Of a stretch of 64,000 bases of DNA, positions 54,087 through 64,000 are shown in pieces. Below the pieces are notes generated by a model that had not been told where the DNA came from, did not search any database, and worked only from the letters and a program-made list of their open reading frames with translations. The stretch comes from an uncultured Acidobacteriota bacterium (lineage in GTDB: Bacteria; Acidobacteriota; Blastocatellia; RBC074): the NCBI GenBank assembly GCA_963796275.1, contig CAWCKY010000001.1, forward strand, positions 256,001-320,000, written 5' to 3'. Positions within the stretch are counted from its first letter, which is position 1; the number at the start of each line of letters is the position of its first letter. Made by a program: the position numbers and the translations under genes.

Positions 54087-56831
54087 CTACTCTTCCTTCT
54101 TGGTTGAGTTCCCGCCATGCAGCGCCTCTTGCACGCGGGTTACGAATTGTGCGAGCTCACCCCGTAAGAGCCCGCGCTCCCTGGTACCGCTGATCGATTC
54201 CAGCGCAACCTGGAGATCCGCTAGTCTTCGTTCGATCAGCTCGCGGTTAATATCGCTGATGTTTTTCGTCTTACGGCAATCTTCGAAATGCTGCACCCAG
54301 GTCCGCAATCCGGTGCGCGATTTTTCATCATAGAGCAGGTTCAGCGCGCTGTTCCATGCCCGGCCGGCATCGTAGCTGCTACCATTCCAGGCCTGTTCCG
54401 AAGCTTTCGCGGCTATTAGTTTGGTGATCTGCAGTTGGTCCGCGGCCGCGATCAGATAAGCAGACTGATTTTCACCCGCGACCGTCCCGCTCCAGGGCTC
54501 GTGACAGAGTTGTTCGGCGGGATCGAAAACGATTCTCGGCCGATTTTTATTGGGGGCGCCCGCCTCGTGATTCGGCCAAAATGACAATTCAACATTGGTC
54601 GATCGATTAAGGTTCTCGCGGATACGACTGATGATGCGGGTCGGCTCGAGAGGACCGCCGGCGTGCTTCTCCCGGTCATTCGAGAAACCGATGACGAAGC
54701 TGCGGGCGCCGAGCGCGGCCAACCGATCGAGTTCGCGCGCAATCGATGCGATGCTTCGGTCATCGAAAGCAGAGTCAGATAGGATGAATCCGAAAACCAA
54801 CTGCACAAAGTTTTCATCAGCCGCACGCAGCAGCTCGCTCACATTATCGTCGCTGTTCTCTGCCTCTCCTTCGCTAACCGCAGCATCGAAATGCCGGAGA
54901 TAGTGATAGCGGTTCATGCGAATCCGGCCGAGAAAGCGCAGCATCTCAATGCGATCGCGGTGCGACCAATAAGAAGACCTTTCGACGAGTCCACGCTGCG
55001 CGACCGCCGGCTTTTCGTCGATCTGAAAATCCCGATTGAGCTGGCCATCTGCGCCCATCCGTTCTAGCTTGCCGATAGCGTAGAAGGCGCCCCGAGGCGT
55101 CGTCGCGGTGATCTGGACCCGGCGGGTTTCTCCCGAGCGTTTGCTCGCGATCGCGTAGCTTTGTAACGTGTCGGGATGTGCCGAGGATGGAGATGCAACT
55201 TTAATAGTCATTTCAACAGATTGTGCGTCGGTTTTAAATAACGGCCAGTCGACCGCATTCCACCGCTTCCCAACGCGCTCGTCCAGCTCATCGTTGATGA
55301 GCTCCCAGTACTTTTGCGTTCGCATCTGCGGCACAATCTCATTTCCATGATGAAAATTATAGATCGAGGGTTTTATTTCAACCTCGAAAGATTGTGACTT
55401 GGAGGGGTATAACCGGACCATCAGCCGCTGCAGCAGATGAACCTCGAAATCGGCGCGTTCACCGTGGCTGAGCAGATAAGAGTGGGCATTACGTTTGAAC
55501 TGCTCTAAGAATATCTCATCGGCCAGCGGCTTCAATTGATTGAGCGCAAATGTCTCGGCTGCTTCCCTGTTATCGCCGCTTTTGATCCCCGCGGTATCGG
55601 ATGACTGTAATTTTGGACGGACGTAAAAAGGAAATGCCCAATCGCTCAGATAACGGCTGAGCAGGAGGGCAGCCTGCGCGCGATCGATGCGCCGGACGCG
55701 ATCGAGATCATCCCGGAGAAATCTGATTCCCGCCTGATATGAGGAGGCCTGCGCGATCGCGCGTGTGATAACCTCCGCCGGACCGTCGTTTGCGGGATCT
55801 ACGGCGGCGAATGTGCCCAGTCGATCGAGCAATTTGCGGCGGCGCAGGTTCGAGATGAGCGCGTCGCCGCTTTCGCGCATCCCCGTAAGATCGACGAGCG
55901 CGATCCTCACATTTTTTTCAGATGTTTGAGCGATCGCATCAATAAGAGCATTCCGCTCAGAATCGCGCGATTGATCGGTATGAATGAAGAGAGCGATATC
56001 GACGCTTTTTGCTCCATCGGAGTTCTGACGCACCTCAATCCCGCCCGTCTTTTTGATCAGATCCCGGACGAGTTGATGAAGCGGGAGCGATTGGCCGGAA
56101 AGCGTCGCATCACGGGCCGCGTTCGAAGAATAGACCGGCAGTATCCTGGGAGCGAAACCGAAGCGCTGATTGAGCATCCTCACCAGCAACGAGATGGCAA
56201 CCGAGTCTGGTTCACCGGAGAATAGGACTCTGTTTACGAGCCTGCGCGAAGCGGCCTTCTCCTCGATGCTTTTCTGCCATTCATCAGTTGATTGATCTTG
56301 AGCGCTGATCGTTAATAAATTGATTAATTTTTCATCGCCCAATTCAGCTAACAGGCCATCGATCTGAGCCGACGATTCTTTTAAATTTATATATCCGTAG
56401 ATGGGGATGTGGGGGCGCTGCGATCGGATGATTTTGATGAGCTCCAATTGATCGCGCGGTTGCTGCTTACGCTGCCGTGGTGCGTGCCCTTGCCCCTGCG
56501 GGTTTTCAGACTGTTTTGGTGGGGCGTCCAGATAAACGATGGCACCGTCGATCCCGTCGAAATCGACAGATTTAGCCCAGTCGATGATCTGATCGGCATT
56601 ACCCAGAATTCTTGCTGGAGGCGTGATCAGCTCGTGATCGGCAATAGCCGCTATCATCTGCGGCTGCTGGTACGAGGATGGGCGATCATCCCGGGGGACC
56701 AGGAGAAATCTGCCCGCGAAATAATTGCGGTTCATGGGGCGCAGTTTGGGCCGCTGGGTCGCCTGGATAAAAATGGTGGAGAGGAGAATGAGCAGGGAGA
56801 AGAGGATTGCTATCTTTTTTTTATCTTGCAT
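54087..56831 (-). CDS. Secreted DUF4127-like protein fused to GH20b-like and degenerate GH84-like domains
   Basis: Signal peptide; VPRDDRP...ITPP..LG (DUF4127-like); ITATTPRGAFYAI; IDEKP..RGLVE..WSHRDR...MNRY. Confidence 0.7.
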   Translation of the reverse strand: MQDKKKIAILFSLLILLSTIFIQATQRPKLRPMNRNYFAGRFLLVPRDDRPSSYQQPQMIAAIADHELITPPARILGNADQIIDWAKSVDFDGIDGAIVYLDAPPKQSENPQGQGHAPRQRKQQPRDQLELIKIIRSQRPHIPIYGYINLKESSAQIDGLLAELGDEKLINLLTISAQDQSTDEWQKSIEEKAASRRLVNRVLFSGEPDSVAISLLVRMLNQRFGFAPRILPVYSSNAARDATLSGQSLPLHQLVRDLIKKTGGIEVRQNSDGAKSVDIALFIHTDQSRDSERNALIDAIAQTSEKNVRIALVDLTGMRESGDALISNLRRRKLLDRLGTFAAVDPANDGPAEVITRAIAQASSYQAGIRFLRDDLDRVRRIDRAQAALLLSRYLSDWAFPFYVRPKLQSSDTAGIKSGDNREAAETFALNQLKPLADEIFLEQFKRNAHSYLLSHGERADFEVHLLQRLMVRLYPSKSQSFEVEIKPSIYNFHHGNEIVPQMRTQKYWELINDELDERVGKRWNAVDWPLFKTDAQSVEMTIKVASPSSAHPDTLQSYAIASKRSGETRRVQITATTPRGAFYAIGKLERMGADGQLNRDFQIDEKPAVAQRGLVERSSYWSHRDRIEMLRFLGRIRMNRYHYLRHFDAAVSEGEAENSDDNVSELLRAADENFVQLVFGFILSDSAFDDRSIASIARELDRLAALGARSFVIGFSNDREKHAGGPLEPTRIISRIRENLNRSTNVELSFWPNHEAGAPNKNRPRIVFDPAEQLCHEPWSGTVAGENQSAYLIAAADQLQITKLIAAKASEQAWNGSSYDAGRAWNSALNLLYDEKSRTGLRTWVQHFEDCRKTKNISDINRELIERRLADLQVALESISGTRERGLLRGELAQFVTRVQEALHGGNSTKKEE

Positions 56832-56845
56832 TCTCTCCTCAAATT

Positions 56846-56916
56846 GTTTTTAGTTTTCAGTTTTTAGTTATCAGGTGTCGATCGAGACAATCCACTGAAA
56901 CTAAAAACTGAAAACT
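56846..56916. repeat. Heptamer-repeat palindromic intergenic element
   Basis: AGTTTTCAGTTTTTAGTT ... AACTAAAAACTGAAAACT perfect arms. Confidence 0.8.
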
Positions 56917-56927
56917 TCCATCACATT

Positions 56928-57821
56928 TCAATTGCGCGGACGAACACGGCGCGGGGTGATGGGTGCCGGCGTTGTCCCTTTTATACGTTGAAATTCTTCT
57001 GTGTTAGATATGCCGCGCTGATCGGTGCCACGCAGCTTCTGATCGATCTCGACACGCGTGTTGCTTGCTCGCTCCGTCGGAGCCGGATGGCTGGCCATAA
57101 TCGAGCCCAGCGTGTCAGGCTGGCTCTGACTGATTTTCCCGAGGATCTGGAACATTTCAACCATCCCAACAGTGTTGTAACCCGCCCGATTCATATTGTA
57201 GAGGCCGAGATAATCGGCTTCGCGTTCCGCATCCCGGCTGTGCTTCATCAATTTGCCGCCCAGAACCAGATTGCCTGCGAGATTGCCGAGGCTCGCGCCG
57301 CCCTGACCGCCGAGTACGGCCCCGGCAATAGTTGCGATGCCTGCCAGAGTGCCGTATCTATTGGCTTTTTTGACGTTCTCGAGTCCATGTCGCCCGACAA
57401 TATGCCCTATCTCATGACCCATCACGCTGGCCAATTGCGCCTCGCTATTGGCTTTCGCTATCAACCCGGTGTGGACATAAACACGGCCGCCGAGCGTCGC
57501 GAAGGCGTTGATCGCGCCGTCGTCGACGACGTAAAACTTCCACGGTATGTTGGTGCGCCTCGAACTTTGCGCCAGCCTGTTCCCCAGCGTTTCGACGTAT
57601 GTGTTGAGGGCGGAGTTTCGGATAAATTTCACCTGCCCCGATAGTTGCTTGTGAACCTCTTCAGCCAGCTTCAGTTCCTCTTCTTCAGAGATATAGCCCT
57701 TATTAGAATACTCGCGTTCTCGGAACTTGTCGTATACATTTTTATCTGCAAATGCAGTTATAACCAGCAAACCGACGATCGCGACTGCCATCGTACGTTG
57801 CCAGGTGACTAGGAATTTCAT
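56928..57821 (-). CDS. M48 family metallopeptidase
   Basis: INAFATLGG; EAQLASVMGHEIGH; SRDAEREAD; SHP. Confidence 0.94.
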   Translation of the reverse strand: MKFLVTWQRTMAVAIVGLLVITAFADKNVYDKFREREYSNKGYISEEEELKLAEEVHKQLSGQVKFIRNSALNTYVETLGNRLAQSSRRTNIPWKFYVVDDGAINAFATLGGRVYVHTGLIAKANSEAQLASVMGHEIGHIVGRHGLENVKKANRYGTLAGIATIAGAVLGGQGGASLGNLAGNLVLGGKLMKHSRDAEREADYLGLYNMNRAGYNTVGMVEMFQILGKISQSQPDTLGSIMASHPAPTERASNTRVEIDQKLRGTDQRGISNTEEFQRIKGTTPAPITPRRVRPRN

Positions 57822-57832
57822 GAAACGTCCTC

Positions 57833-58300
57833 CTATTCTGATAATAACGAAACCGCATGAGTTAATGTACGTATGATTGCGGCCAGGTTTTCTCGCGCTC
57901 CGCGAACGCTGCCGGGAAGGTTGATGATCAACGTTCGCTTTCTAGCGCCGCAGACCGAACGCGACAGAGCGGCCAGCGGTGTGATCTTCAGACTCTCGGC
58001 GCGCATCAACTCTGCGAGTCCCGGCGCTTCGCGTTCGATCACATCTCTCGTAGCTTCAGGCGTTACATCGCGAGGGCCGAGCCCTGTTCCGCCGGTAGTC
58101 ACGATCAGGTTCGCCAGTCCTTCATCGGCGTAATATCTCAATCGAGCCGCAATCTCGCCGCGTTCGTCCGGCACTATCTCCGTTGCAACTATATCCGCCT
58201 TCAACGCTCGCAACTCCGTTACGACCGCCGGCCCGGACAAGTCTTCACGTTCGCCGTGCGAGGCTGAATCACTAACAGTAATTACCACAGCTCTGATCAT
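57833..58300 (-). CDS. mogA: MogA/MoaB molybdopterin adenylyltransferase
   Basis: ITVSD; DLSGP; TTGGTGLGPRDVTPEA; NLPGS. Confidence 0.92.
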   Translation of the reverse strand: MIRAVVITVSDSASHGEREDLSGPAVVTELRALKADIVATEIVPDERGEIAARLRYYADEGLANLIVTTGGTGLGPRDVTPEATRDVIEREAPGLAELMRAESLKITPLAALSRSVCGARKRTLIINLPGSVRGARENLAAIIRTLTHAVSLLSE

Positions 58301-58512
58301 TAACTCTTGTCTTTGCTAATAACATAAGGGGGCGCCAAAATTCTAATTCCTCAACTCTCGCGATTCAACCTTAGATCAAGAGTATTAACCACGGATTAAT
58401 ACGGTTTCCCAGGATAGATGCGGATTTCTTTAGCGAAAATTAAGTTGTTATTCCTCTGAATGTGCTGAATCGCGTTGACGACAATCAATCTGTCTCGAAA
58501 TTATACGAGACT

Positions 58513-59652
58513 CTATGAATGATTCTTTTGAATGATTCTTTCATAAAGATTTTCATACTGCGGTATGACGCGGTCGGTATTGAAGCGCTCGACCGCCCAT
58601 GCGCGACCGCGCTCTCCCATCTCGCGTCTCTTCCTGTCATTGGAAATAATGGAGATTGCGCATTCAGCCATGGTCTTGGTATCTCCCAGATCGACCAGGT
58701 ATCCGGTCTCGCCGTGGAGCACGACTTCCGGCAAGCCGCCGGTTCGGGTCGCAATTACGGGCACTTCGCAGGCCATCGCCTCGAGCGCCGCCAGGCCGAA
58801 AGATTCGGTCTCGCTCGGCAAGAGCAGAAGATCGGCTACCGAAAGGTAGTCGGCGATGTTGGGAACCTGGCCGACAAACAGCACATCGTTATCCAGACCG
58901 TAATCTCGCACCAGGATTTCTGCGCCCAGCCGTTCCGGGCCGTCACCGCACATTACCAGCCGGACGGGCAGATCGCTCCTCTCGCTTCTGATCCGTGCCA
59001 ACGTGTGAATGCAATCGGTGATTCGTTTGACGGGGCGGAAATTCGAGACATGGATCAGCAGCTTTTGGCCGGCCGGAGCGAGGCTCGATCTCAGCTCATC
59101 ATTGGTGCGCCGCCTATAATCTTGCGCGTTGATGAAATTCGGGATCACTTCGACCGCACAGTTGCCGAACGTGCGGCACGTTTCATCAGCCAGATATTGC
59201 GAGATGGCAGTGACCGCATCCGACTGCGCTATTGAGAAACGAGTGATGGGGAGAAAGCTTTTCCTCGACCCAACGAGTGTGATGTCCGTTCCGTGGAGCG
59301 TCGTGACGAATGGCAGATAAACCCTGGGCTTGTACATCTCGCGCGCCAGATAGGCGGCGGTAGCGTGCGGGATAGCGTAGTGCATATGTAGCACATCGAG
59401 TTTCCGGCTTTCGGCGACTTCGAGTATCTTGGAAGCCAGCGCGAGATCATAGGGCGGGAACTCGAAGAGCGGGTAATCGAACAGATCGACCTGGTGAAAC
59501 TGCATGCGCTCATTCAGCTCGCAAAGGCGCGTCGGCAGGGCATAGCTGATGAAATGCACGGTATGTCCGCGTTCCGACAACTCGCGACCCAGTTCCGATC
59601 CAACGATCCCGCTACCGCCATAGGTCGGGAAGACTGTAATGCCGATGTTCAT
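58513..59652 (-). CDS. bshA: N-acetyl-alpha-D-glucosaminyl L-malate synthase
   Basis: PTYGGSG; HYAIPHA; [12 protein letters not shown]; [10 protein letters not shown]; [10 protein letters not shown]. Confidence 0.96.
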   Translation of the reverse strand: MNIGITVFPTYGGSGIVGSELGRELSERGHTVHFISYALPTRLCELNERMQFHQVDLFDYPLFEFPPYDLALASKILEVAESRKLDVLHMHYAIPHATAAYLAREMYKPRVYLPFVTTLHGTDITLVGSRKSFLPITRFSIAQSDAVTAISQYLADETCRTFGNCAVEVIPNFINAQDYRRRTNDELRSSLAPAGQKLLIHVSNFRPVKRITDCIHTLARIRSERSDLPVRLVMCGDGPERLGAEILVRDYGLDNDVLFVGQVPNIADYLSVADLLLLPSETESFGLAALEAMACEVPVIATRTGGLPEVVLHGETGYLVDLGDTKTMAECAISIISNDRKRREMGERGRAWAVERFNTDRVIPQYENLYERIIQKNHS

Positions 59653-59721
59653 ATAGAGAAGTTTTCAGATTTCAGGTTTCAGTTTGGAGTCGAAAATAAG
59701 AACAGAAAACTTAAACTTTGC

Positions 59722-60471
59722 TCAAGAATACATGTTCATCTGCCGCGTCAGCAGTTCGACAGGGTCGGCGACGTTGAGCGCTTCGCGAACATAGAAGGCT
59801 TCGCCGTACTGAGCCCCGATCAGAGCCCCGAAATAACGGTCGCGCGCGTCGATCTCAAGCAAAAAGGCCTCCGTGCTCACGCGCGATTGCGGCTCCGTGC
59901 TGTTCGCATTAAAAAATTGCGAAGCGTGAGCCTGTATCGCTCTCCGTTTTTGCTCTCTCGTTTCGCTGACATCGACGATAAAAGTCGGCGCGACGGTGCG
60001 CGGAAAAAGGAAATAGCCTACGCAGGAGGGCCGCCATCGGCTCTGTCCGGCTTCGCCGTCATATTTCATTAGTCCGGAGATGTGCGCCGCTTCACGTACG
60101 AGTTGCGAGGTGTGAGCGTGATCGGGATGAGGGTCCTCCCAGTACTGAGTGAATACGATGCGCGGCCGAATTCGCCGCAGAGCGCGCACGAGCTTGACCC
60201 GCGACTCTTCGTTAACCCAGACGTGCGAATCGCCCAGATTGAGATTTTCGCGCAGCGACAAGCCAAGAATTTGCGCGGCTCGCGTCGATTCGATGGCGCG
60301 CATCTCCGGCATCCCGCGAGTGGCGGCTTCGCCGCGCGTCAGATCGAGTATTCCGATTTTGTAGCCTGATTTTGAGAGCCTGGCGAGCGTTCCGCCGATC
60401 GAGAGTTCGGCGTCATCCGGATGAGCTGCTATCGCCAGGACATCGAGCAGCGCTTTTTCATTTTCGGACAT
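59722..60471 (-). CDS. bshB1: Bacillithiol biosynthesis deacetylase
   Basis: AHPDDAE; DLTRGE; HPDH; directly upstream of bshA. Confidence 0.93.
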   Translation of the reverse strand: MSENEKALLDVLAIAAHPDDAELSIGGTLARLSKSGYKIGILDLTRGEAATRGMPEMRAIESTRAAQILGLSLRENLNLGDSHVWVNEESRVKLVRALRRIRPRIVFTQYWEDPHPDHAHTSQLVREAAHISGLMKYDGEAGQSRWRPSCVGYFLFPRTVAPTFIVDVSETREQKRRAIQAHASQFFNANSTEPQSRVSTEAFLLEIDARDRYFGALIGAQYGEAFYVREALNVADPVELLTRQMNMYS

Positions 60472-60570
60472 GATGACGAAAGAGTAGCACAGACCGATCC
60501 GCAAATGGTAATTTGCCTCGTTTTGTTTTACTCTAATCCCGCATTGTTCGATTCAACTCGTGAATTATCC

Positions 60571-61518
60571 GTGAAGACCAAAATCACACATTCATCCACC
60601 ATTGCCGCACGCTTTATTCAACACGGTGAAATCGTCGCTTTCCCGACGGAGACAGTCTATGGGCTGGGCGCGCATATCTTCAACGAAAGTGCAATCAGGA
60701 AAGTTTTCATCGCGAAAGGGCGACCATCGGACAACCCGCTGATCGCACATATTTCTGATATCTCGCAGCTTGAATTCATCACGAGCATGGTTCCGTTGAT
60801 CGCGCAGAGGCTGATCAGCCGGTTTTTTCCCGGGCCGCTCACCCTCGTCCTGCCTAAGAGCGATAAGGTCCCAGCGCTTGCTACGGGAGGTCTGAAGACG
60901 ATAGGCGTGCGGATGCCGCGATACCCGCTCGCACAGCAGTTCCTCCGCGCATGCGGTGTCCCTGTCGTCGCTCCTTCGGCCAATATCTCGGGCCGACCGA
61001 GTTCGACCACCTGGCAGTCGGTGCGAGCAGACCTCGACGGGCGCATCGGCTGCATCCTGAGAGGGGATCAGTGCCAGGTTGGCATCGAATCGACGGTCGT
61101 TGATTGCACTACCCGAACGCCGATAGTGCTGCGCGCGGGAGCAATTACGCTCGAACAGCTGAGAGAAGTCAGCCTCGATGCGAGAGTCGCCGAGCGCCGG
61201 CTCCCGATCGCGCCGCGAAGTCCGGGCCAAAAATACCGTCACTACTCGCCCAGGGCCAAGGTCATCATCTGTTCCTACCCGCAATACACCATTGCTTCGC
61301 CCGATGCGGCTTACATCGGACTGGAGCCGACCCCGCACGTCGATGTATTCAAAAAACATCTCATCTGCAATAACCTGGAAGATTATGCGAAATCGCTCTT
61401 CAAGTTCTTTCGCGAGTGTGACGAAGCGCTGGTGAGAACCATCTACTGCCAGCTGGTCAGCGAAGAGGGGCTAGGCCTGGCGCTGATGGAGCGGCTCGAA
61501 CGAGCCTCTGAGGATTGA
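60571..61518 (+). CDS. sua5: L-threonylcarbamoyladenylate synthase (Sua5)
   Basis: VAFPTETVYGLGA; KGRPSDNPLI.H; PGPLT; APSAN.SG; PG.KYRHYSP. Confidence 0.96.
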   Translation: MKTKITHSSTIAARFIQHGEIVAFPTETVYGLGAHIFNESAIRKVFIAKGRPSDNPLIAHISDISQLEFITSMVPLIAQRLISRFFPGPLTLVLPKSDKVPALATGGLKTIGVRMPRYPLAQQFLRACGVPVVAPSANISGRPSSTTWQSVRADLDGRIGCILRGDQCQVGIESTVVDCTTRTPIVLRAGAITLEQLREVSLDARVAERRLPIAPRSPGQKYRHYSPRAKVIICSYPQYTIASPDAAYIGLEPTPHVDVFKKHLICNNLEDYAKSLFKFFRECDEALVRTIYCQLVSEEGLGLALMERLERASED

Positions 61519-61745
61519 ATAGTCTTCAGCCCAGGCATTTACTAAAAACTAGAAACTAAAATCTATCGCAAAAAACAAAAGCAGCAGGAATAGCCAAATA
61601 TATTGCCTCTCTGGTCTTTTCTCACCTTTGTTTTCTCTTAGTTTTTGCTTCCTTGTTTTCGTTTCCTCCGGAATTCGGTATTATTACTATTCTTGTTCTA
61701 CTTAATTTTAAATATAAATTAAGCGAGTTATCGCTTTAGGCTGTT

Positions 61746-61970
61746 ATGATTCGGCAGTGCCCGTTATGTCGTCGCGAGACGAACTGGGAAGACAATCTGT
61801 GGCGCCCTTTTTGTTCTGAGCGATGCCAGACCATTGATTTGGGGAACTGGGCGAGTGAAGAATATCGCGTTCCTTTGACCGAACCTCCCGAAACGCCAGA
61901 GACTTCCGATACATCCGACGAGTTGAATACAGAATTAGATCTCGAGGTGAATAGAGATGAGCAAGTTTAG
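61746..61970 (+). CDS. yacG: DNA gyrase inhibitor YacG
   Basis: CPLC...RPFCSERCQTIDLGNWASEEYRVP. Confidence 0.94.
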   Translation: MIRQCPLCRRETNWEDNLWRPFCSERCQTIDLGNWASEEYRVPLTEPPETPETSDTSDELNTELDLEVNRDEQV

Positions 61971-62559
61971 CAATTCAATCCCGTTCAACATAATGACTGC
62001 TGCGCTGGTGATGACGGCGTTTTTTTCGATTGCTTGCAATTCGACGCCGGAGACGCCCGTCTCGAGCGCCGCAACCGCCAAAGACTTGCGTTTGTCGGCT
62101 AACGAAAAAGCGATGAACGATGCCTTCGATGTTCCACTAGCGAAACTTGACGGAACGACAATGAAGCTCTCCGATCTCAAAGGCAAGGTTGTAGTGCTGG
62201 ATTTCTGGGCTACAGATTGTGCGCCTTGCGTCAAGTTGGTGCCGCAACTGGCAAAGCTTTATGATCGGTATCGAGATCGGGGGCTTGAGATCGTCGGATT
62301 GACTTCCGATGAGAAATCGGATCAGAAACTGGTAGAAGATTTCATCAGACAAAGAGGGCTCAATTACACGGTCGCATATGGGAACACCTGGGTCTCTCGC
62401 GCATTTCTCAAAGGGAGTGAAGACGAAACCGGCGCCCCTCCCATCCCACAGCTCTACGTGATTGCACGTGATGGACGCGTGGTCGAACATCACACGGGTT
62501 ACGATGGCGAGAAGGATATGGAGTCGATCGAAAAAGCGATCGTGCAAGAATTACGGTAA
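61957..62559 (+). CDS. TlpA-like thiol:disulfide oxidoreductase, probable lipoprotein (CAPC)
   Basis: Lipobox SIAC; LKGKVVVLDFWATDCAPC; IPQ cis-Pro loop. Confidence 0.9.
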   Translation: MSKFSNSIPFNIMTAALVMTAFFSIACNSTPETPVSSAATAKDLRLSANEKAMNDAFDVPLAKLDGTTMKLSDLKGKVVVLDFWATDCAPCVKLVPQLAKLYDRYRDRGLEIVGLTSDEKSDQKLVEDFIRQRGLNYTVAYGNTWVSRAFLKGSEDETGAPPIPQLYVIARDGRVVEHHTGYDGEKDMESIEKAIVQELR

Positions 62560-62637
62560 GCGGTAATCGATTGCCGGCAATAATAGTCGGCAAACCAGGC
62601 AACGGATTATAGATTAATAGACTAAGGAAACATTGCT

Positions 62638-63306
62638 ATGTCACGAACCCCTATTAAATCACTCTTTATACCCGGCCTGATTCTTCGCGCGTGGATAACG
62701 TGCTGTGCCTTTGTTCTCCTCTCGTTCGCCGGAACGATCCGGCTCGGGACTTCAGACGTGCCTGAATTACCGACCGGAGACGGCACCGGAGACACGCCGG
62801 ATATGTTCATCAAGCTGGTGCCGAACACGCTGGCGCCGGCAGGCAAAGGCGATGAATTGAGACTATCGAGTTTACGCGGCCACATCGTTCTGCTCGATAT
62901 GTTCTGGTCGCAATGCCCTCATTGTGAAGAACATGCGCCGCACGTCGTCGAATTTTATAACCAATATCGGCAGCGCGGTTTCACCGTGCTAGGTCTCGCC
63001 ACCGACAGGCCGGAAAGATCCGACGATGTGCGGTCGTTTATAAAGAAGACAAAAATCAACTATCCAGTTGGCTATATCACCACTGAAGTCATCGCTTATT
63101 ACGCCGACAGCCAGAATCAGGGTGTGCCCCAGATGATACTCTTCGGGACCGATGGCAAAATGTTCAAGCGTCTGATCGGATGGAATCCGGAGATCAGTAA
63201 AGAACTGAAGCTGGCGATCGAAGCGCTGATGGCTAAACAGCCGACGGTCAAACCCGGTAGCAAAGCCAGCAGCAAAGTCAGCCCGCGCAAAATTAAACAG
63301 GCCTAG
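62638..63306 (+). CDS. TlpA-like thiol:disulfide oxidoreductase (CPHC)
   Basis: [18 protein letters not shown]; VPQ. Confidence 0.88.
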   Translation: MSRTPIKSLFIPGLILRAWITCCAFVLLSFAGTIRLGTSDVPELPTGDGTGDTPDMFIKLVPNTLAPAGKGDELRLSSLRGHIVLLDMFWSQCPHCEEHAPHVVEFYNQYRQRGFTVLGLATDRPERSDDVRSFIKKTKINYPVGYITTEVIAYYADSQNQGVPQMILFGTDGKMFKRLIGWNPEISKELKLAIEALMAKQPTVKPGSKASSKVSPRKIKQA

Positions 63307-63397
63307 ATCAAACATAGAGAAATAAGTGGCAGATTTATAATCTGCTCAATAAAGAATCGGGCGGGTCCAACCCGCCCTACTCATTCGGAGGAGGAAT

Positions 63398-63979
63398 ATG
63401 ACGAAAACAAGCCCCAATAATTATCGACGCTCCAATTCTCGCCCGGCACTCCTCCCGGCAATTTCTTGTATCTGTCTGGCTTTCGCGCTCCTGTTACCCG
63501 GAATGGGAACAGAGGCTCAAGTGAAAGTCGGTAAATCTCCCAAAGATTCGGTGGCAAAACGTCAAATTCGCACGCTCGATGGAAAGCAGTTCACTATCGC
63601 CGGATTACGCGGACAGGTGGTCGTGCTCGATTTCTTCGCTGTCTGGTGTGGTCATTCGAAGAAACATATCCCCACACTCACTCAGTTCGGTGATGAAGAA
63701 CGGCAACAAGGTCTGCAAATCATCGGATTTGCTGTGCAGGATAATGAATCAACCGCTGAGCGGATCGCACAATTTATCAAAGACTTCAATATCACCTATC
63801 CGGTGGGTACAGTGCAGGACGCCGACTTCTCGAAGTATGTTCAATCGCGCGACGTTTCAGTCCCGCAGACCCTGGTCTACGGGCGTGACGGACGTCTGGT
63901 TGCACATTTCGCCGGGCATGACTCCAAGATCGATGCCGATCTGACCGAGACTATCAAACGCGAATTAGCAAAACAGTAA
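63398..63979 (+). CDS. TlpA-like redoxin with monothiol CGHS site
   Basis: [18 protein letters not shown]; VPQ; GGAGG SD. Confidence 0.88.
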   Translation: MTKTSPNNYRRSNSRPALLPAISCICLAFALLLPGMGTEAQVKVGKSPKDSVAKRQIRTLDGKQFTIAGLRGQVVVLDFFAVWCGHSKKHIPTLTQFGDEERQQGLQIIGFAVQDNESTAERIAQFIKDFNITYPVGTVQDADFSKYVQSRDVSVPQTLVYGRDGRLVAHFAGHDSKIDADLTETIKRELAKQ

Positions 63980-64000
63980 TGGATGAGAAGAGCTAAGATT

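Overview
64 kb of core chromosome from a roughly 55% GC bacterium. Gene content (Acidobacterial-type VWA protein, carboxypeptidase-regulatory-like secreted protein, bshA/bshB1, tandem TlpA proteins) suggests Acidobacteriota; this is inference. Most of the window is housekeeping: tRNA-Leu-tig-clpP-clpX-lon-engB-rho, a lysine riboswitch-lysC-dapB-dapA operon, beta-oxidation genes, pyrE-truA-uppS-cdsA-dxr-rseP, two APC permeases, bacillithiol genes, sua5 and yacG. I see no transposase, prophage or CRISPR array. The most unusual items are: (1) a gene between clpP and clpX encoding two tandem ClpX-type zinc fingers, a candidate Clp adaptor or inhibitor; (2) an orphan LysW-like protein lacking the EDWGE carrier tail in a DAP-pathway genome; (3) a LysR whose apparent divergent promoter drives no protein gene (candidate sRNA); (4) egtD paired in frame with a TIGR04283-like glycosyltransferase; (5) a KS-alpha-like ketosynthase next to a methyltransferase; (6) a secreted DUF4127 fusion to a degenerate GH84 domain, next to an SIS enzyme; (7) three tandem TlpA proteins with different active sites; (8) a 12-bp tandem repeat abutting tRNA-Leu and families of heptamer-built palindromic intergenic elements; (9) two single-base frameshifts (kinase tail, lysC). 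All family calls come from motif recognition, not database searches.
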